Shown in pieces: positions 1 to 13,100 of a DNA stretch of 64,000 bases. Location of the stretch: positions 32,054,001-32,118,000 of the forward strand of contig OZ260667.1 in assembly GCA_965285935.1 (NCBI GenBank), given 5' to 3'. The notes below the pieces were generated by a model. The model was not told the DNA's origin. It was given only the letters and a program-made list of their open reading frames with translations, and did no database searches. Made by a program: the position numbers and the translations under genes. Within the stretch, counting starts at the first letter, position 1, and each line of letters starts with the position of its first letter. The stretch is from Ophelia neglecta. Taxonomy: Eukaryota.

Positions 1-759
1 TTAGTGGCGTACACGATATTTATTCTATAATTAAGTTTCAACATAGCGACTTGGCTACCCCCAGAAGTTTAGTCACAAAGCCTTCGTTCTTGTGGATTAA
101 ATGTAGCTTCACTAAACTCTGACGCAATGTCACGTGGATGGGTATACATAATAAATCAAAAATATTGAATGATTGCAAGAGGCCCGTGTTTTAGAGATGA
201 GCAGTTTGACAGTCATTTTTATTGCATGTGCTGGCGCAGTATTATGACTAGGCATTTTTCCCAAGCACAGCCAAAGGCTAAGTACTATTTATTTCATTTT
301 TTTTCAAGCATCACCTATCGAATAAAATTCCCCCCATCGCAGCATAAATGCACGTGAGCGAACGCACGTAAATATTGTAAGTTTTGTACCTTTTATAGAT
401 AAGGGTGAATTTAAAACGATACTGCTTTGACATTCAAACGTTTACTGAGTAACACGGTAAATAATGGTAGTCGCATGTAACCAGCTGATATATATAACGT
501 AAAGTACTTATGTTATTTCGAGCAGCGAAGTAAATAGGTCTATTCCCGCAAGTAAACTTATTTCGTGTACAATTATATACAGACAAATAATATAATGCTT
601 CTTTAATTCTGGATTAAGTACGCAATAGCGCGCACGGAATAAGCTTATGTACTGCGCTGAATTGAGCGATGCGCGTTTTGTGACGTCACACCTTTGATCA
701 TACAGTAGGTTCCAAAGCACGAATCTACTGATGACACTAGATTCATCTACTCTCTCACG

Positions 760-1045
760 TTTGTAGGTATGAATATACTGGTATATTGTCTGGCGTACCT
801 TGCAATGACTGGAGAGGTTAAAGGCATAGAACTCGTAGTAGAACACCGTGTTTGGAGGGGTTTGGAGTATATATACACTTCACTGAAATATGTTCAGTAA
901 GAGAATGACCTGGTAAACAGACATATTCGTAGTAAATAAATTCCTCCGCCTTTTGATCCACGAATCTACAGTCAATGGTCCATTCTCTACTATAGAACAC
1001 ATCATAAGAGACAACAAACTCCCAAGTAGCTCTCGCCATGGCGAT
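760..1045 (-). mobile_element. Decayed YqaJ-like exonuclease C-terminus (ISL2EU-like relic)
   Basis: ORF 818..1039 reads WEFVV...IDCRF..KAEEF....VCLP, resembling CDFVV...D..F...K..F...LP. Confidence 0.4.
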
Positions 1046-1869
1046 AAATACCTCCTTTATTGAGAGTCACATTGACTTCAATAAATAACCATAATTCATT
1101 TCTTATATATACTGTAGTAACAATAAGATTTATATTGTAGTTCACATCCTTATTCTTTCCATTGGTCTAAATAAATACGTTCTGGGGCTGAGTCATACTA
1201 AAACCTTGAAATATCGCTTTGATTCATAAATGTAATATTTGATTGCTTTAGAAGATAGTGACCAAAAAAAACCCCGTAAAGTTTATACCTTTTTCGTTGA
1301 AATTTCTTGAGTGCTTGATTTTATAAAAAAAAATCTAAACATTTTCCTAGCAGTATTTTGCTATAATATTTGCACAAACCATTGTGGTACCTTCCTGGTG
1401 CATATCATGGAAAACTGTGAGTTAAAAGACTAAAAGTGAACATTGTGATAGGCCTAGGATATTATATTTTGTAATAAACATATATTTTCCAAGACGATTC
1501 ATAATTTTTGGACGCTGAGAGTGTTTATAGTGTTTCATTAAAAAAACACCATAGTAATAACAACGCTATATAGGCCTAGGCCTACTTATAAAATACTTAA
1601 CGCACCGTGGACTTTGAATTGGACGCAATAAACGTTTTTAGGATAATTAGATGAAAATATACCCAAGCAAATTGAACAAAGTTTAACATGCCTTGACTGC
1701 ACACTTTCCTTTCAAGCCTAAATTTTGAAGTGCACTCTTACGAAAATAAGCTGTTTTAAAGCCGTAATCTTCAGAAACATTATCAGGTATAGATACCCTA
1801 TTCCTATGGTCAACTTATATTCTTTTGGCCGTTGCGTAAATGTTAGTGAACCACGCAGATACGGAAATT

Positions 1870-2260
1870 AAGGAGGTCTATGTATTGGTTCATGTTTTGA
1901 TCAAGTTTAACATCCGGTTATAAATGTACTACCCGACACATCCTTACTTTAATTCTCGATGGTGTTCACTTGTCCCCTTGCCACGTCTGAAATCTAGTCT
2001 TGGTCCCCAATCTGGTTCTCTGCATGCATTCACCCAACACGTTCATTCAAAATTTAGCAGCCGGTAATTTAAGCCTCGACCTGAGAGACCGAATTGCGCC
2101 TTGAACCACCCATTAATTATGACCGGGGACAGCTAACAGATTGAACAAAAGCAGGTTATAACAAGTAATCTCGTCTAATTAACGTCTGCTCACGTTAGTG
2201 CCTCGCTTGTTGGCCGGTCACGGAAGAAGATTTACGAGATGTAGCAAGGGACCTAAATTA
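1870..2260 (+). mobile_element. Decayed DDE transposase C-half (ISL2EU-like relic)
   Basis: FIQNLAAGNLSLD (cf. FL..L.PGD..LAD), GQL, and HVSASLVGRSRKKIYEM*QGT (cf. HVERVIG..R.KY.ILQ.T), in the expected order. Confidence 0.4.
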
Positions 2261-2354
2261 CATTTCAAGTGTGCTGATTCGTACTAAGGAGGCTGTTCTA
2301 AAATCCACTAAATTACCGCCAGATCTCTTAAATGTTGAAAGAACTCTTGTTCTC

Positions 2355-3412
2355 TAGATGGTAAGTGATCGTCTGCCTCTGTTGTCTGCTTGGTGACGTA
2401 GATGGAAAGCAACCGTATGCCTCTGTTGTCAGATTGATGACGTAGATGGTAAGCGACCGTCTGTCTCTGTTGTCTGATTGGTGACGTAGATGGTAAGTGA
2501 TCGTCTGCCTCTGTTGTCTGCTTGGTGACGTAGATGGTAAGTGATCGTCTGCCTCTGTTGTCTGCTTGGTGACGTAGATGGTAAGTGATCGTCTGCCTCT
2601 ATTGTCTGCTTGGTGACGTAGATAGTAAGCGACCGTCTGCCTCTATTTTCTGCTTTGTGACGTAGATAGTAAGTGATCGTCTGCCTCTATTGTCTGCTTG
2701 GTGACGTAGATAGTAAGCGACCGTCTGCCTCTATTGTCTGCTTGGTGACGTAGATGGTAAGTGATCGTCTGCCTCTGTTGTCAGATTGATGACGTAGATG
2801 GTAAGCGACCGTCTATCTCTGTTGTCTGATTGGTGACGTAGATGGTAAGTGATCGTCTGCCTCTGTTGTCTGCTTGGTGACGTAGATGGTAAGTGATCAT
2901 CTGCCTCTGTTGTCTGCTTGGTGACGTAGATGGTAAGTGATCGTCTGCCTCTATTGTCTGCTTTGTGACGTAGATGGTTAGTGATCGTCTGCCTCTGTTG
3001 TCTGCTTGGTGACGTAGATGGTAAGTGATCGTCTGCCTCTGTTGTCTGCTTGGTGACGTAGATGGTAAGTGATCGTCTGCCTCTATTGTCTGCTTTGTGA
3101 CGTAGATAGTAAGTGATCGTCTGCCTCTATTGTCTGCTTTGTGACGTAGATGGTAAGCGACCGTCTGTCTCTGTTTTCTGCTTGGTGACGTAGATGGTAA
3201 GTGATCGTCTGCCTCTGATGTCTGCTTGGTGACGTAGATGGTAAGTGATCGTCTGCCTCTATTGTCTGCTTTGTGACGTAGATAGTAAGTGATTGTCTGC
3301 CTCTGTTGTCTGCTTGGGGACGTAGATTGTAAGTGATCGTCTGCCTCTTGTCTGCTTGGTGACGTGGGTGGTGAGCGACCGCCAGCCTTTGTCGTCAGAT
3401 TCAATCACGTAG
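2355..3412. repeat. Minisatellite, 44-bp unit, about 24 copies
   Basis: Consensus GACGTAGATGGTAAGTGATCGTCTGCCTCTGTTGTCTGCTTGGT, with unit starts at 3011, 3055 and 3099. The variant CAGATTGATGA recurs at 2430 and 2782, 8 units apart. Confidence 0.97.
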
Positions 3413-3959
3413 GTGACCACATGGCCCATTTGTCTGTTTTATCAATGTGGTTCCCCTTAAAGACAAGGTGCTTCTTATTTTCAGTATAATTGTGAACATA
3501 ATATTTTAGTTTTAACGCAGTTCTTACATCATATATCCGCACTAATTGTTTGTTAATTGTATGGGCCACCTTAAAATGGGTGTCCATAAAATATGCCTAT
3601 ACGTACGGGATAAAATACCGCAGTGAGTGCTTGCCGGTGCATGTAAATACGACTATTTTATTAAGTCAGTGATAACTTCGATGAATTATTAAACCTAGAA
3701 TTGAAGTTCGATCTTGTCGCATATTAATGTGTTTATTTTGTTAATTTTTAATTGATCATACAGGTATGTTTTGCATTGGAATAGTTACATAGTCTCGTTT
3801 GGAGTGGCATCCGTGATGTAGCTCCTATTAATTTTGTCCCTCGAAGCTTCTGGACTATTCTATAGAGATGTTGACACTTCGGGAAGTTATTGGTAATGAT
3901 TAATATATTCATGACTTAGCAAATTACTTGTTATGAGTAGGCTCCATAAAGTGCAAGTT

Positions 3960-4870
3960 CCTCTGAACCTTCCGGTCCTTGCGGTGTTCATAAGGAGGAA
4001 TACAAGTAGAGTATTTTACAAGCTCAAATGGTGTACGAGTAGCCGGAACACAAATCACACCCATGCCGCGAGGACCAGAACCGAGCTTACCAGCAAACGT
4101 CCCGCCCTAACTTCAGCGTTTCTCGTGGCGTTTCCGGTTCCGGACCTGCGAGATAAGCCCTGTCGAAGACCTTAACTGAACTAATTTTGACAAGTTCCAA
4201 ACGTGCAAAAACCAGTTCTCGTTCTGTCAGTGGTTGTTGGTTTTTATGTTCTTTGATTGACTACTGACAGTCATCCATCGCTCAACTGCCTCCATTCTTT
4301 TAAGCTGTTAAAAGTATTCTAATTAATGGTATATCTTTCTTTCTTTTTGCTGAAATAACTTAGACCTAAGTCTTGGCTAAGCGACATTTAGTTGGTTCTA
4401 CAGGAATGTTTCCGACCTGGCCTTCTGGAACATACTCGCAAGTCAACGAACTTCTGCAACGATGGCAGCAATAATATTAATGAGCAAACCAATAGCCGGA
4501 TAATACTTCTGTTGGAGGGTGTTTCAAAATTTGTGCACAGACAAAGTTAATTTTAGCAATCCCCTTTCGCTGCTGTATCACTGCTTGGGATACCGGGTAA
4601 TGACTATAGCGTGATGCAGTGACATCTGTAGTAATGTCTGTGCTGTATGTAAGAGATCCTTCTGAACACTGTGCCTTGAAGCCTTAATTTTCAAACACCA
4701 ATCAATGGAACAATCAAAGGTAAAAAGTAATATTATCCTCCATCCTTGGTGAAAATATTGCGGATTCCCGTTTAAGGTTGGATACATTTGCCAACAGAGA
4801 ATATAAAGTACAATCCCAAGAGTCAAATGCCAATAACCAACGTTGATTCAAGAACTTTTTATCTCATTTT
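3960..4870 (+). mobile_element. Decayed THAP + HTH transposase N-half (ISL2EU-like relic)
   Basis: VFYKL, ELTSKR...PDL, TCKNQF (cf. VCS.HF), HP, then GFPFKVG...RI*ST (cf. LG.RF.V...VSRIF.T). Confidence 0.4.
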
Positions 4871-6119
4871 CAGAAAATAAACAGATTGTCCTATTTAACC
4901 TTTAGTTTTGGCCTCAAAGTTTGCTCTATAATGACATAACTTGCAAATTATATGTTTATCATGATAAAGTCGGAGCATATATGTGATGTCTGGAAAGTAT
5001 TGCTATAATCGCCATAAATGTTTTTGTAATGTGAAATATGATATCAATAACCAGTTTTTTTCGCATGAAAAACTACCTGTTTCCGTTGCCATGGTAACAG
5101 GAGACCGACCCCAAATTGCAAAGTACGACTACAAATTATGATCACCTAAGACCCTCAGTTAAAACCATATCAATGGCACCACCAGTGGGGAATGTAAGTA
5201 AAAAATGTTACTTCAATAAAATGAGTTTATTTAACTCTCAAAACAAAGAGACTTTGATTAAGAAGATTGTGTTAAAATAGTTTAGCATAAAACCTACTAC
5301 ATCCAGAGTTATACAAAGTTTAATAAACCCTGTTCCGAAGATTATGTCCACAAGGATTATAACGAACAAAAGTTCGGCTAACTTTGTTGTCACTGGTAAA
5401 CCCAATTTGCACATGGCAAAGCAAACGAGCACAAAGGACTTAGGAATCCAAACGGAATAGATTTCACGAACATAAAAGAACAAAGTATATACATTAAGAG
5501 TTCATGCCTATATTAAGTGTCGGGCTGATACCTACGTCACATTGTGGGGCAGGAAGCCCCTAAGGAGAGTGACTGGCATGGAAATTACGGGAATTATATA
5601 TGTGCCAACATCGTTGAATTTGTGTAATCTGAAATAAATCATTTATATTTATTCGGATGAATAATGACTATTTTTCAAACTAAAAGGTCCTTATGCGCAT
5701 GAAAATAAAATTTAAAAAAAGAAAATTGGTCTGGTGGGCGACATCGATTTTTCTATTGGAATCCACGGTTTTCTGGCTTCCAGTCATTTCTGATACATTT
5801 CCCGTAGGCTAATGCAGTCGCAGGCTAATGCAGACTGCAGTGCCGTTCTTGAGCAAAACAACGCGATATTTCCTTTGTCGGACAACCACCCTACCCCAAA
5901 ACCACCCTCCCATTTACCCCCCCCCCCCTCCCGCCCGCCGCCACACGTAAACTACTCAATCTGCAATCACGCATACCGGGCACTAGTATTTACCAAACGT
6001 TTTCAAAAAGCGGTCAACAAGGCAGATGTAAGTGCTGTTCTCCTTCCTCCAGAGCCTCAGCAAAAAAACGAAGAGTAAGAGGTTATCATGAGGCAATAAA
6101 ATCACACTAATACCCTCAA

Positions 6120-6760
6120 TGTTAGTCAATATTTGTGATAGTTTTTATCGTTAATCTGTCTGGGATGGGAACAAATCTTTTCTTGGTTTTCGACAAAGCA
6201 GGCATGTTATATAGTATGTCTGCCCAGGCCCGAGTCTACCCCCATTTGGGCAATATCGCCGAGTCTTTTTAAGCTCCTGTCATTATTGTTTGCCAAAATA
6301 TCAGATTGATGTATATATGAATGTATTAATATTTGTCAAGAAATGTGTAACCCACAATAATGACAAAGACTTATTATTCGCACCCAATATCTAAAATATG
6401 AGCTCATGTGACGTGTCACGGAATGCAAATTCCTGTTCAAGGGGGTACCAGGCATATTTGGACAGGGACACCAAGGCGATAAATGGGGTGATCCAGAGGT
6501 GCCCCATGGATTATACACTAAACCTGTATGTAAACGATTGAATTATCAACTTGTTTGATAAAATGATATCATTGTGACCTACATATACACTGAGACATTT
6601 TTATAGTTCTAGATAATGTGGCTACCCAACTAATTAGCATAGGTTGTTGTTCTGGATAGCATGATATCTATAACAAAATCCCAGTTAGTCTGCTTTTCCA
6701 GCTTCGCAAAATTGCTTAATACCGGACTAGTTGGTATAGCAAAGGGTAGGACATAGGCCT
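6120..6760 (+). mobile_element. Decayed DDE transposase (ISL2EU-like relic)
   Basis: TECKFLFKGVPG...KWG (cf. T.KFLIGITP.G...WGG), NDII, and RKIA*YR (cf. TRKIA..RIH). Confidence 0.35.
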
Positions 6761-7142
6761 GGACCTAATACATTATTGCCAAAATAATCTATAGACTTTT
6801 TTGTATCTATTTCATAATATGTCTTCTGCCTTGTTAATCACGACATTAATGTTCGTTTGAGCACAAAAATTGGTTATTCGTATTAGAAATAGTTTTCATA
6901 ATTAATAGGGGCCTGGGCACAAAATTAAATAAATCATTTTATAACTATGGTTCATGAATTTGAAATGCTTATATAACATCCGTGCAATTATACAATTGGT
7001 TATACGTTTGTTTTTCTTACATTTTTCACAATATAAGATCACATAGCCACTTATGGATGAAGCTTCGTGGTCAAACCCTGTACGTGTGTAAAATAACGAG
7101 GTGACACCCAGGCTAAAATATTTCCAGGCTTTTAAGCCGCAT

Positions 7143-9893
7143 TTTATTCAAAATATTCTTATGGGTATACATGATCTTTTCTCCTGAACATAGATAATTT
7201 CACCTACAATCTCCCTATGGCTGAGACAAGAACCCCACCTCGCCTATTGAGGTCGAGTTCCATCGAAACATACGTGCCTTCATACAAGATGATAATCTTA
7301 GTGTTTATGAAGACATTACTTTCATTACATGTTCTTCCGGAGTGACATCATCGTTTACTCGAATAATGTCATTATGGGAGAGAACCACGAACAGAGACAT
7401 TAAATACATGAAATTTACGAACTGCGACATTATCAATGAATGCTATACTGAGTATATTTTTGCATTTAATGTAATAATGTAATAATAATTAATAATAATA
7501 ATAATAACTATACTAACTGCTAATATGATACAAGTTCGTGGCTACATTCTAACGATAAACTATAAGGAGCAGGACTCTCCATAGCATGATGCGAATGAAT
7601 AACTTAGAATTAATTAACATTATTAATTTAAAATTAAATTAACAGTGACAGTACATGTACAAATCTGAGCTTACAGTACGATACTTATTTAATTATGATA
7701 ATTTAGCTCCGAAACGTAGCCACCATAGATCATTTCGAATGCCCTGGCTCTAGATTTCATCTACAATGTCTATATGCACACCGAGTACAGTCCCGGTCGC
7801 GAGAGACGGTCGTATAGCCCGCGGTTGCCTACGGGCGGGTCCCCACCAAGAGACAGCCGCCCTGCAGCCGAACGCTTTCGTGGCTACGCTTGTATCGAGT
7901 TTTTCTCCACATTTGCACGAAAAATATCAATATTTCATTAAAATATATCCTAAGTAGACATTTTACCGTTCTCATTTAAATTTATCCACTGGTGTAATGT
8001 TAACGGCAGAAAATAAGCTATCTAAACTCAATATATTACAGGTAATAAGCTTTCTAAACTCAATATATTACAAGTATAAATTATCAACTACGTGCACGCC
8101 TAGCAGTGCCTGATTATAATTACAATAATTAATAATAATTGGGATAATATAGTATGAAATTGTATTATAAATGGGACATTTCTAAAACTATACAACATGC
8201 GACGATAGCTCTTTACAGATTACATAAGGTTGCGATAACTTACTGAACATACAATGTATATAGTATCATATATGGATCCAATTGATAATAGCCTTTTTCC
8301 AACCCTAATGACTTGATTTGACCAGTTTTGAGACTACTGCTATTTTCCAGGCTATCCCCTAATTGTTATTTCCGGCCGGGGCCCATTTACGGCCTGGTAG
8401 GTCCAGGAGTTCACCTTCCCTGGTGACAGGGAGTCAGCACACGGGCAGACTATGGCAGGGGGCACTAGTCCCCTTGTAACCCTTACTCTGAGCTGACCCC
8501 CCCCCCCCCTCTTTTCAACAGTCTTGGACAAACCCCCTGTTCACAGAGTCAGTTATAAGAGATAGAGCTATATCAACTGTCATAGTTAAAAGCGAGAATG
8601 GTTGACTGTGGGTTGCTTTCAACGTTGGCCTGATTCCGATATTGATTTTAAATAGATCACAGAATAATTCTACCCGGGTTGACACGTTAGTTTAGTTTAT
8701 AATACCCTTGTAAATATTGACTGAGTGTTCGACAAGTTTATATTTCATTTACAACACGCTGGCCTTCCAATCATGATTCCTGATTTTTGTTCAAGTCGAG
8801 CCGAGTAATAATATTTTTCTAATGAATTAGGTCCATACAGAATAGATTGATAATATATTCTATCGATGCATAGACGTAACAGCCAGCACATAAGGTTGTA
8901 AGAACCTGATTTTCATTTATAAAAAAAAGTTGATTGGCGTTTCCCTCTTAACATATCTCCCTGATCACCATTTCATTTGCATATAAAAGAAAAAAATGTT
9001 TGACTTCGCTCTTGACTATTATAACAAGTGTAGACTTTTAATATAAAAGTCGGGATTAAAATCAATCAAAGAATACTTCATAACTGTGGACGGATGTAGT
9101 TTCAGTCATGTTAGTTGCATAGAATAAGTTAGAGAAGGCCCTACCTGGGCCTTGTTTGAAAGCTAACCCACAGTCGATCGGCAAAAATACAAATACTTAA
9201 CAAGATCGCTTTAAAAAACGTCTTTCACGTATATGGTTGCATAGCTAGTGTACATTCACAAAGTCAGAGATCAGCTTGAATAAGGTACAGTTTTCCTCAC
9301 CACCTGCCTAAGGGTTAAAATATGGTATAATAGACAACTCTCTCACTATCGCTCACGGACGCATGCGCTCTAGTACTCTTTCAAAATATTCGCTTGAATT
9401 CCGCCAACAGATGGCACGAACTTGTAACAACGACTCCTATTGGTTGACTGATGATACATGTGATGTCAATACAAATGCACGTCGTTCCCGTATAATATAT
9501 CGCTCGGAACGGCTCAACGATGAAATTGATACCATAGTACATAGTAATAACATGAATAATTAGTTAAACATACTCTGTGGACGGACCTTCAATAAACATA
9601 TACTAGTTATATATAAATAAATACTATGATATGAAGATGGTAATAATATCCGAGTGTGGGGACGGTATCTGGCGTGTCAGCAAGCCAATGTGGCGCCCTG
9701 GTCTATATTCAGCAGCGGTTTGCATAGCGTTCTAGGGTGTCTATACAAAAACTGATCCATACAATATATATTTACTGTGTTGAAGGTCACCTCTACAGTA
9801 TAGTCTAGTCTTTTATAGTCTATCGGCTCTACAGTCACTTTAGAGTCCAGCACTATTGTTCATACATATCAAAGTCCTAGAATTGCGCACAAC
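7143..9893 (-). other. Candidate long AU-rich 3' UTR of RBM24/38
   Basis: AT-rich, with no transposon relics recognised, unlike the rest of the window. AATAAA on the minus strand at 7148-7143. The true end is unknown. Confidence 0.35.
7471..7508. repeat. (AAT)n microsatellite, imperfect
   Basis: gtaataatgtaataataattaataataataataataac. Confidence 0.8.
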
Positions 9894-10197
9894 TCATTGC
9901 ATCCTCTCCTGGATTTGCTGTGGTTGGTAGGCGGCAAAGCCAGCGAGGTGCTGCGGTACTGCCGCGTAAGAATACGCTGCAGGGGCCATGTAGCCAGCAG
10001 TGCTGGTGAAGGGATACGCCGCGGCAGCATCTGGGTAACCAGCCGGAAGCTGACCGACCGGATATCCTGCGGCGGCGTAGTCGAAGAGCTGGGTGGCTCC
10101 GCCGGCCGTGGGGGAGAGCGGGGACTGAGGGCTCATGGCAAGGGTCAGGCCAGCCTGGGATGCCATGTATGCGGATGGATAAACGTACTGGGGAAGT
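9894..10197 (-). CDS. RBM24: RBM24/38 last coding exon (Ala/Pro/Tyr-rich tail)
   Basis: Acceptor tcctcttcttttgcag|A. Encodes [14 protein letters not shown]...[13 protein letters not shown] then TGA at 9896-9894. Confidence 0.95.
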
Positions 10198-13100
10198 CTG
10201 CAAAAGAAGAGGAATGCAAAGTTAGTTGCCGTTATTGAGAATCTTGAACAGCATATACTCTAATTTAAATCAATATGTAGATATACTTTGGAATAATAAT
10301 GATCATCATTTTAATCAAAACTTGTAACAGGAACTTCTCAAACCTGAAAAGTTAAGGCTTTTGAGAGCGAGAACAAACTACAAACCAACCAAAAAACTCA
10401 ACCCCCACTCCCGCTATCCAAATCGTGTGTGATGCAATAAAATGCTCAACACTGACATTATTAACAAAGAAATGTATGCACGATTTATAACTTTTCTTTT
10501 CTCACTAAACATCCAGCTTGAGAAGCTCCTTTAAATACATATCATTGCAGGAATGTACGACATGGTCGAACTGCCAGGCGCTCGGCCGTTAGAGTTCTTA
10601 GACAATGAATAGGAAGAAAATATAGAACAGGGTGTAATTTTTTGCAAGGACGCCATATATCGGTGACTGGAATTTGAATATAGATGAAGATGTATAAAAT
10701 TCAGGTTTAGAAATGGGCTGAGACAACTTCAGGCTCATCTTTCGCGCCTGAAAGCTATCAGGGCCCAATCTTCCAAGTATAGGTCAAGGCCCCCCGTCCT
10801 GAATGATATTAGATATACGTGGCTTCTTACATCACTCCGTATCTAGACATAGGTTTTAGAAACGCTGTTTGGAAATGCCGTGGAGTCACGTGTTTTGCAT
10901 CACACCAGGAGTGGATAGCCATGGCAACCGCTGATTATACACAAATACACACCAAAATGAAGAAAGACTTGCACATTATCATCAAGTTCAAAAGGCTAGA
11001 GTACTGCATTGTGTATAGAGAAAAGCCAAAACCACTCCCATGCCAAAAGAACAGAAAAAGAATTGATAAAATTAACACACATCTTCATTAACAATATTTA
11101 CACAGCCATGCTTACGATATTCTTGGTCATTTGATCCCCTGCCTTTTGCTTGGGAAAACATTTCTTTTAAATGCCTTATAGTTTATAAGCGACTGTGCTT
11201 TCAGAAAATAAAAAAATTGGCTAATTATTATTGATTTTTAATTTTTCTATTTTGAATGATTGATGCGGTATGTGGCGAATCAAGTCTAACGCGATTCTTT
11301 GGAAATTTTGAGGCTCTAGATGAAATATAATCTCTCAAGTTAACGGGAGCGCATGGCGATCACTGGTGTCAGAATGGACACGGGCTGCACGTGGCTATGT
11401 TCATGGTGAGATAACTTGCCTCCACAACACTTCGTTATATTTCTGTCAGTAAAGCAGATGCCAAACAAGTCTACGAAGGATTTCTACAACTACATTAAAA
11501 CAAACCGTATTAGATCGTGAAATGGCTTTTAGGGTGTGCGGTGCTTTTTCAAAATAATTATTATGGTTTCAGTAAGTTAAGGTTTGTGCTGATGACCAGA
11601 GCTACGTCTCTCTCTCACTCAAAAGTTTAATTATAGGGTTAGAAATTTGCATTGTAAGGTCACAGTAAACACCCCGTCAGTCAAAGGTGCAACAAAAGCA
11701 AAACACTACAACTACAAGCAAAGAGCTGGCAGCCAGTAGGTGATCTGCCAGAAATATACGTGCCACTCTCAAAGCTCAAAGCCTGCTGTCCTAGGTTTTA
11801 TTTTATTTTGCCAACTTGGCACGTGTATCTTGTGATAGTAGGGCATAAGAGTATAGTTTAAAATAGTTAACAACAGCCACGACCTTTCTCTTAATATAAT
11901 TTTGCGACGGTGGAGTTAACTTAGGATTCGTAACGATGAGCTTCGAGAGTAACATCTTGGTGTAGTGGAGGACATGTGATCCCAACCAAAGCAGTGTCCC
12001 AGAAATGTGTATCCCTTCAATGTGGCGCTATAGTTTGGCGAGTCGGTTTCTCTATGGTTTCACTTGACCACAAATGCAGGTAACAGCCAATTGGCTAGTC
12101 GATACCGAAGACTTTCTTCACTTTGCTACTACCACCTTGCGGAGTGCGAACCAACCAATCAGTTAATACTACTACGTAAAGGGCTAGCTATGAGGAAAGT
12201 AGTATATGTGTTCTTGTACCTGCCAGTTTCCCCTGCCGTTGTAACGGCAGATTTTCTATATTCGACATGGTATGGGCTGAATCGATCTTCAGTTCGGTGG
12301 CGCATTGTTGGCACGATTGGCATGGTAGGAGTTCTACAAGTGAAGCCAATTAATGTCAAGTCAAATGCGGAACCGTCTCAACAAACAACATGTAGCTTAT
12401 AACAAAATGCCTTAAGTAACACTACATCTTTACTGAGTGTGCTTTGAAAATTACCACATTTAACTTAGTTCTGCCTTCCTACGTTAGATATGAACAATTT
12501 ATGAATTCAGAAAAATTGTTTAATTCAGATGAGTTTTGCACTGTTTGGGGAAATCATAATGAATCGACTGCCGAAGAAAGCTTTATGAACATATTCTCCG
12601 GATCTTATTTTGATAACATTTCCGATTCATGTACTAAGGATGGGATTTTCATAAAAGGTTTTAATATTGTTTAGATTAAACCAAACCCTCTCGCAATGCC
12701 GCACACACCAATAGTAGTTAAACCAGGATAATGTCAGCTTTATCAGGATAGACTTTCGAAAGTCGAAACATTAAAATCATCAACTAGGCTTCTGGTGTCC
12801 TAGAATTCGGTGACCAGAAACTGCAAAAACTGCTCAGAAACACCCTTATGTAGCACTGTACCAATCTTTGCAAACCAGATTTAATAAAGGGAAGTTGATG
12901 GAATACTTGAGGAATAAGTGTACGTGCAAGCCATACGTAAAGCCTCGATAGTTTAGTTTGAAAAGTTATATCGTTAAGGGACTCTTAGTTAAATACATGT
13001 ATCTACATGTAGGATAGAGGTTTGGGTTTTTTCATCGAACACAGGGTTTATATATACAACGAAAATAGTCGAGTAAAGAAACCGAATTAAAAGATAAAAA

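Noticed and set aside
2781-3404. 207-aa ORF with a 44-aa period
   Set aside because: By-product of three 44-bp units cycling through all frames. Non-ATG start and no coding support.
2355-3412. CRISPR array or hammerhead ribozyme array
   Set aside because: No unique spacers, eukaryotic context, and no complete CUGANGA/GAAA core with the required stems.
9897-10238. 113-aa plus-strand ORF
   Set aside because: Antisense shadow of the GC-rich last exon.
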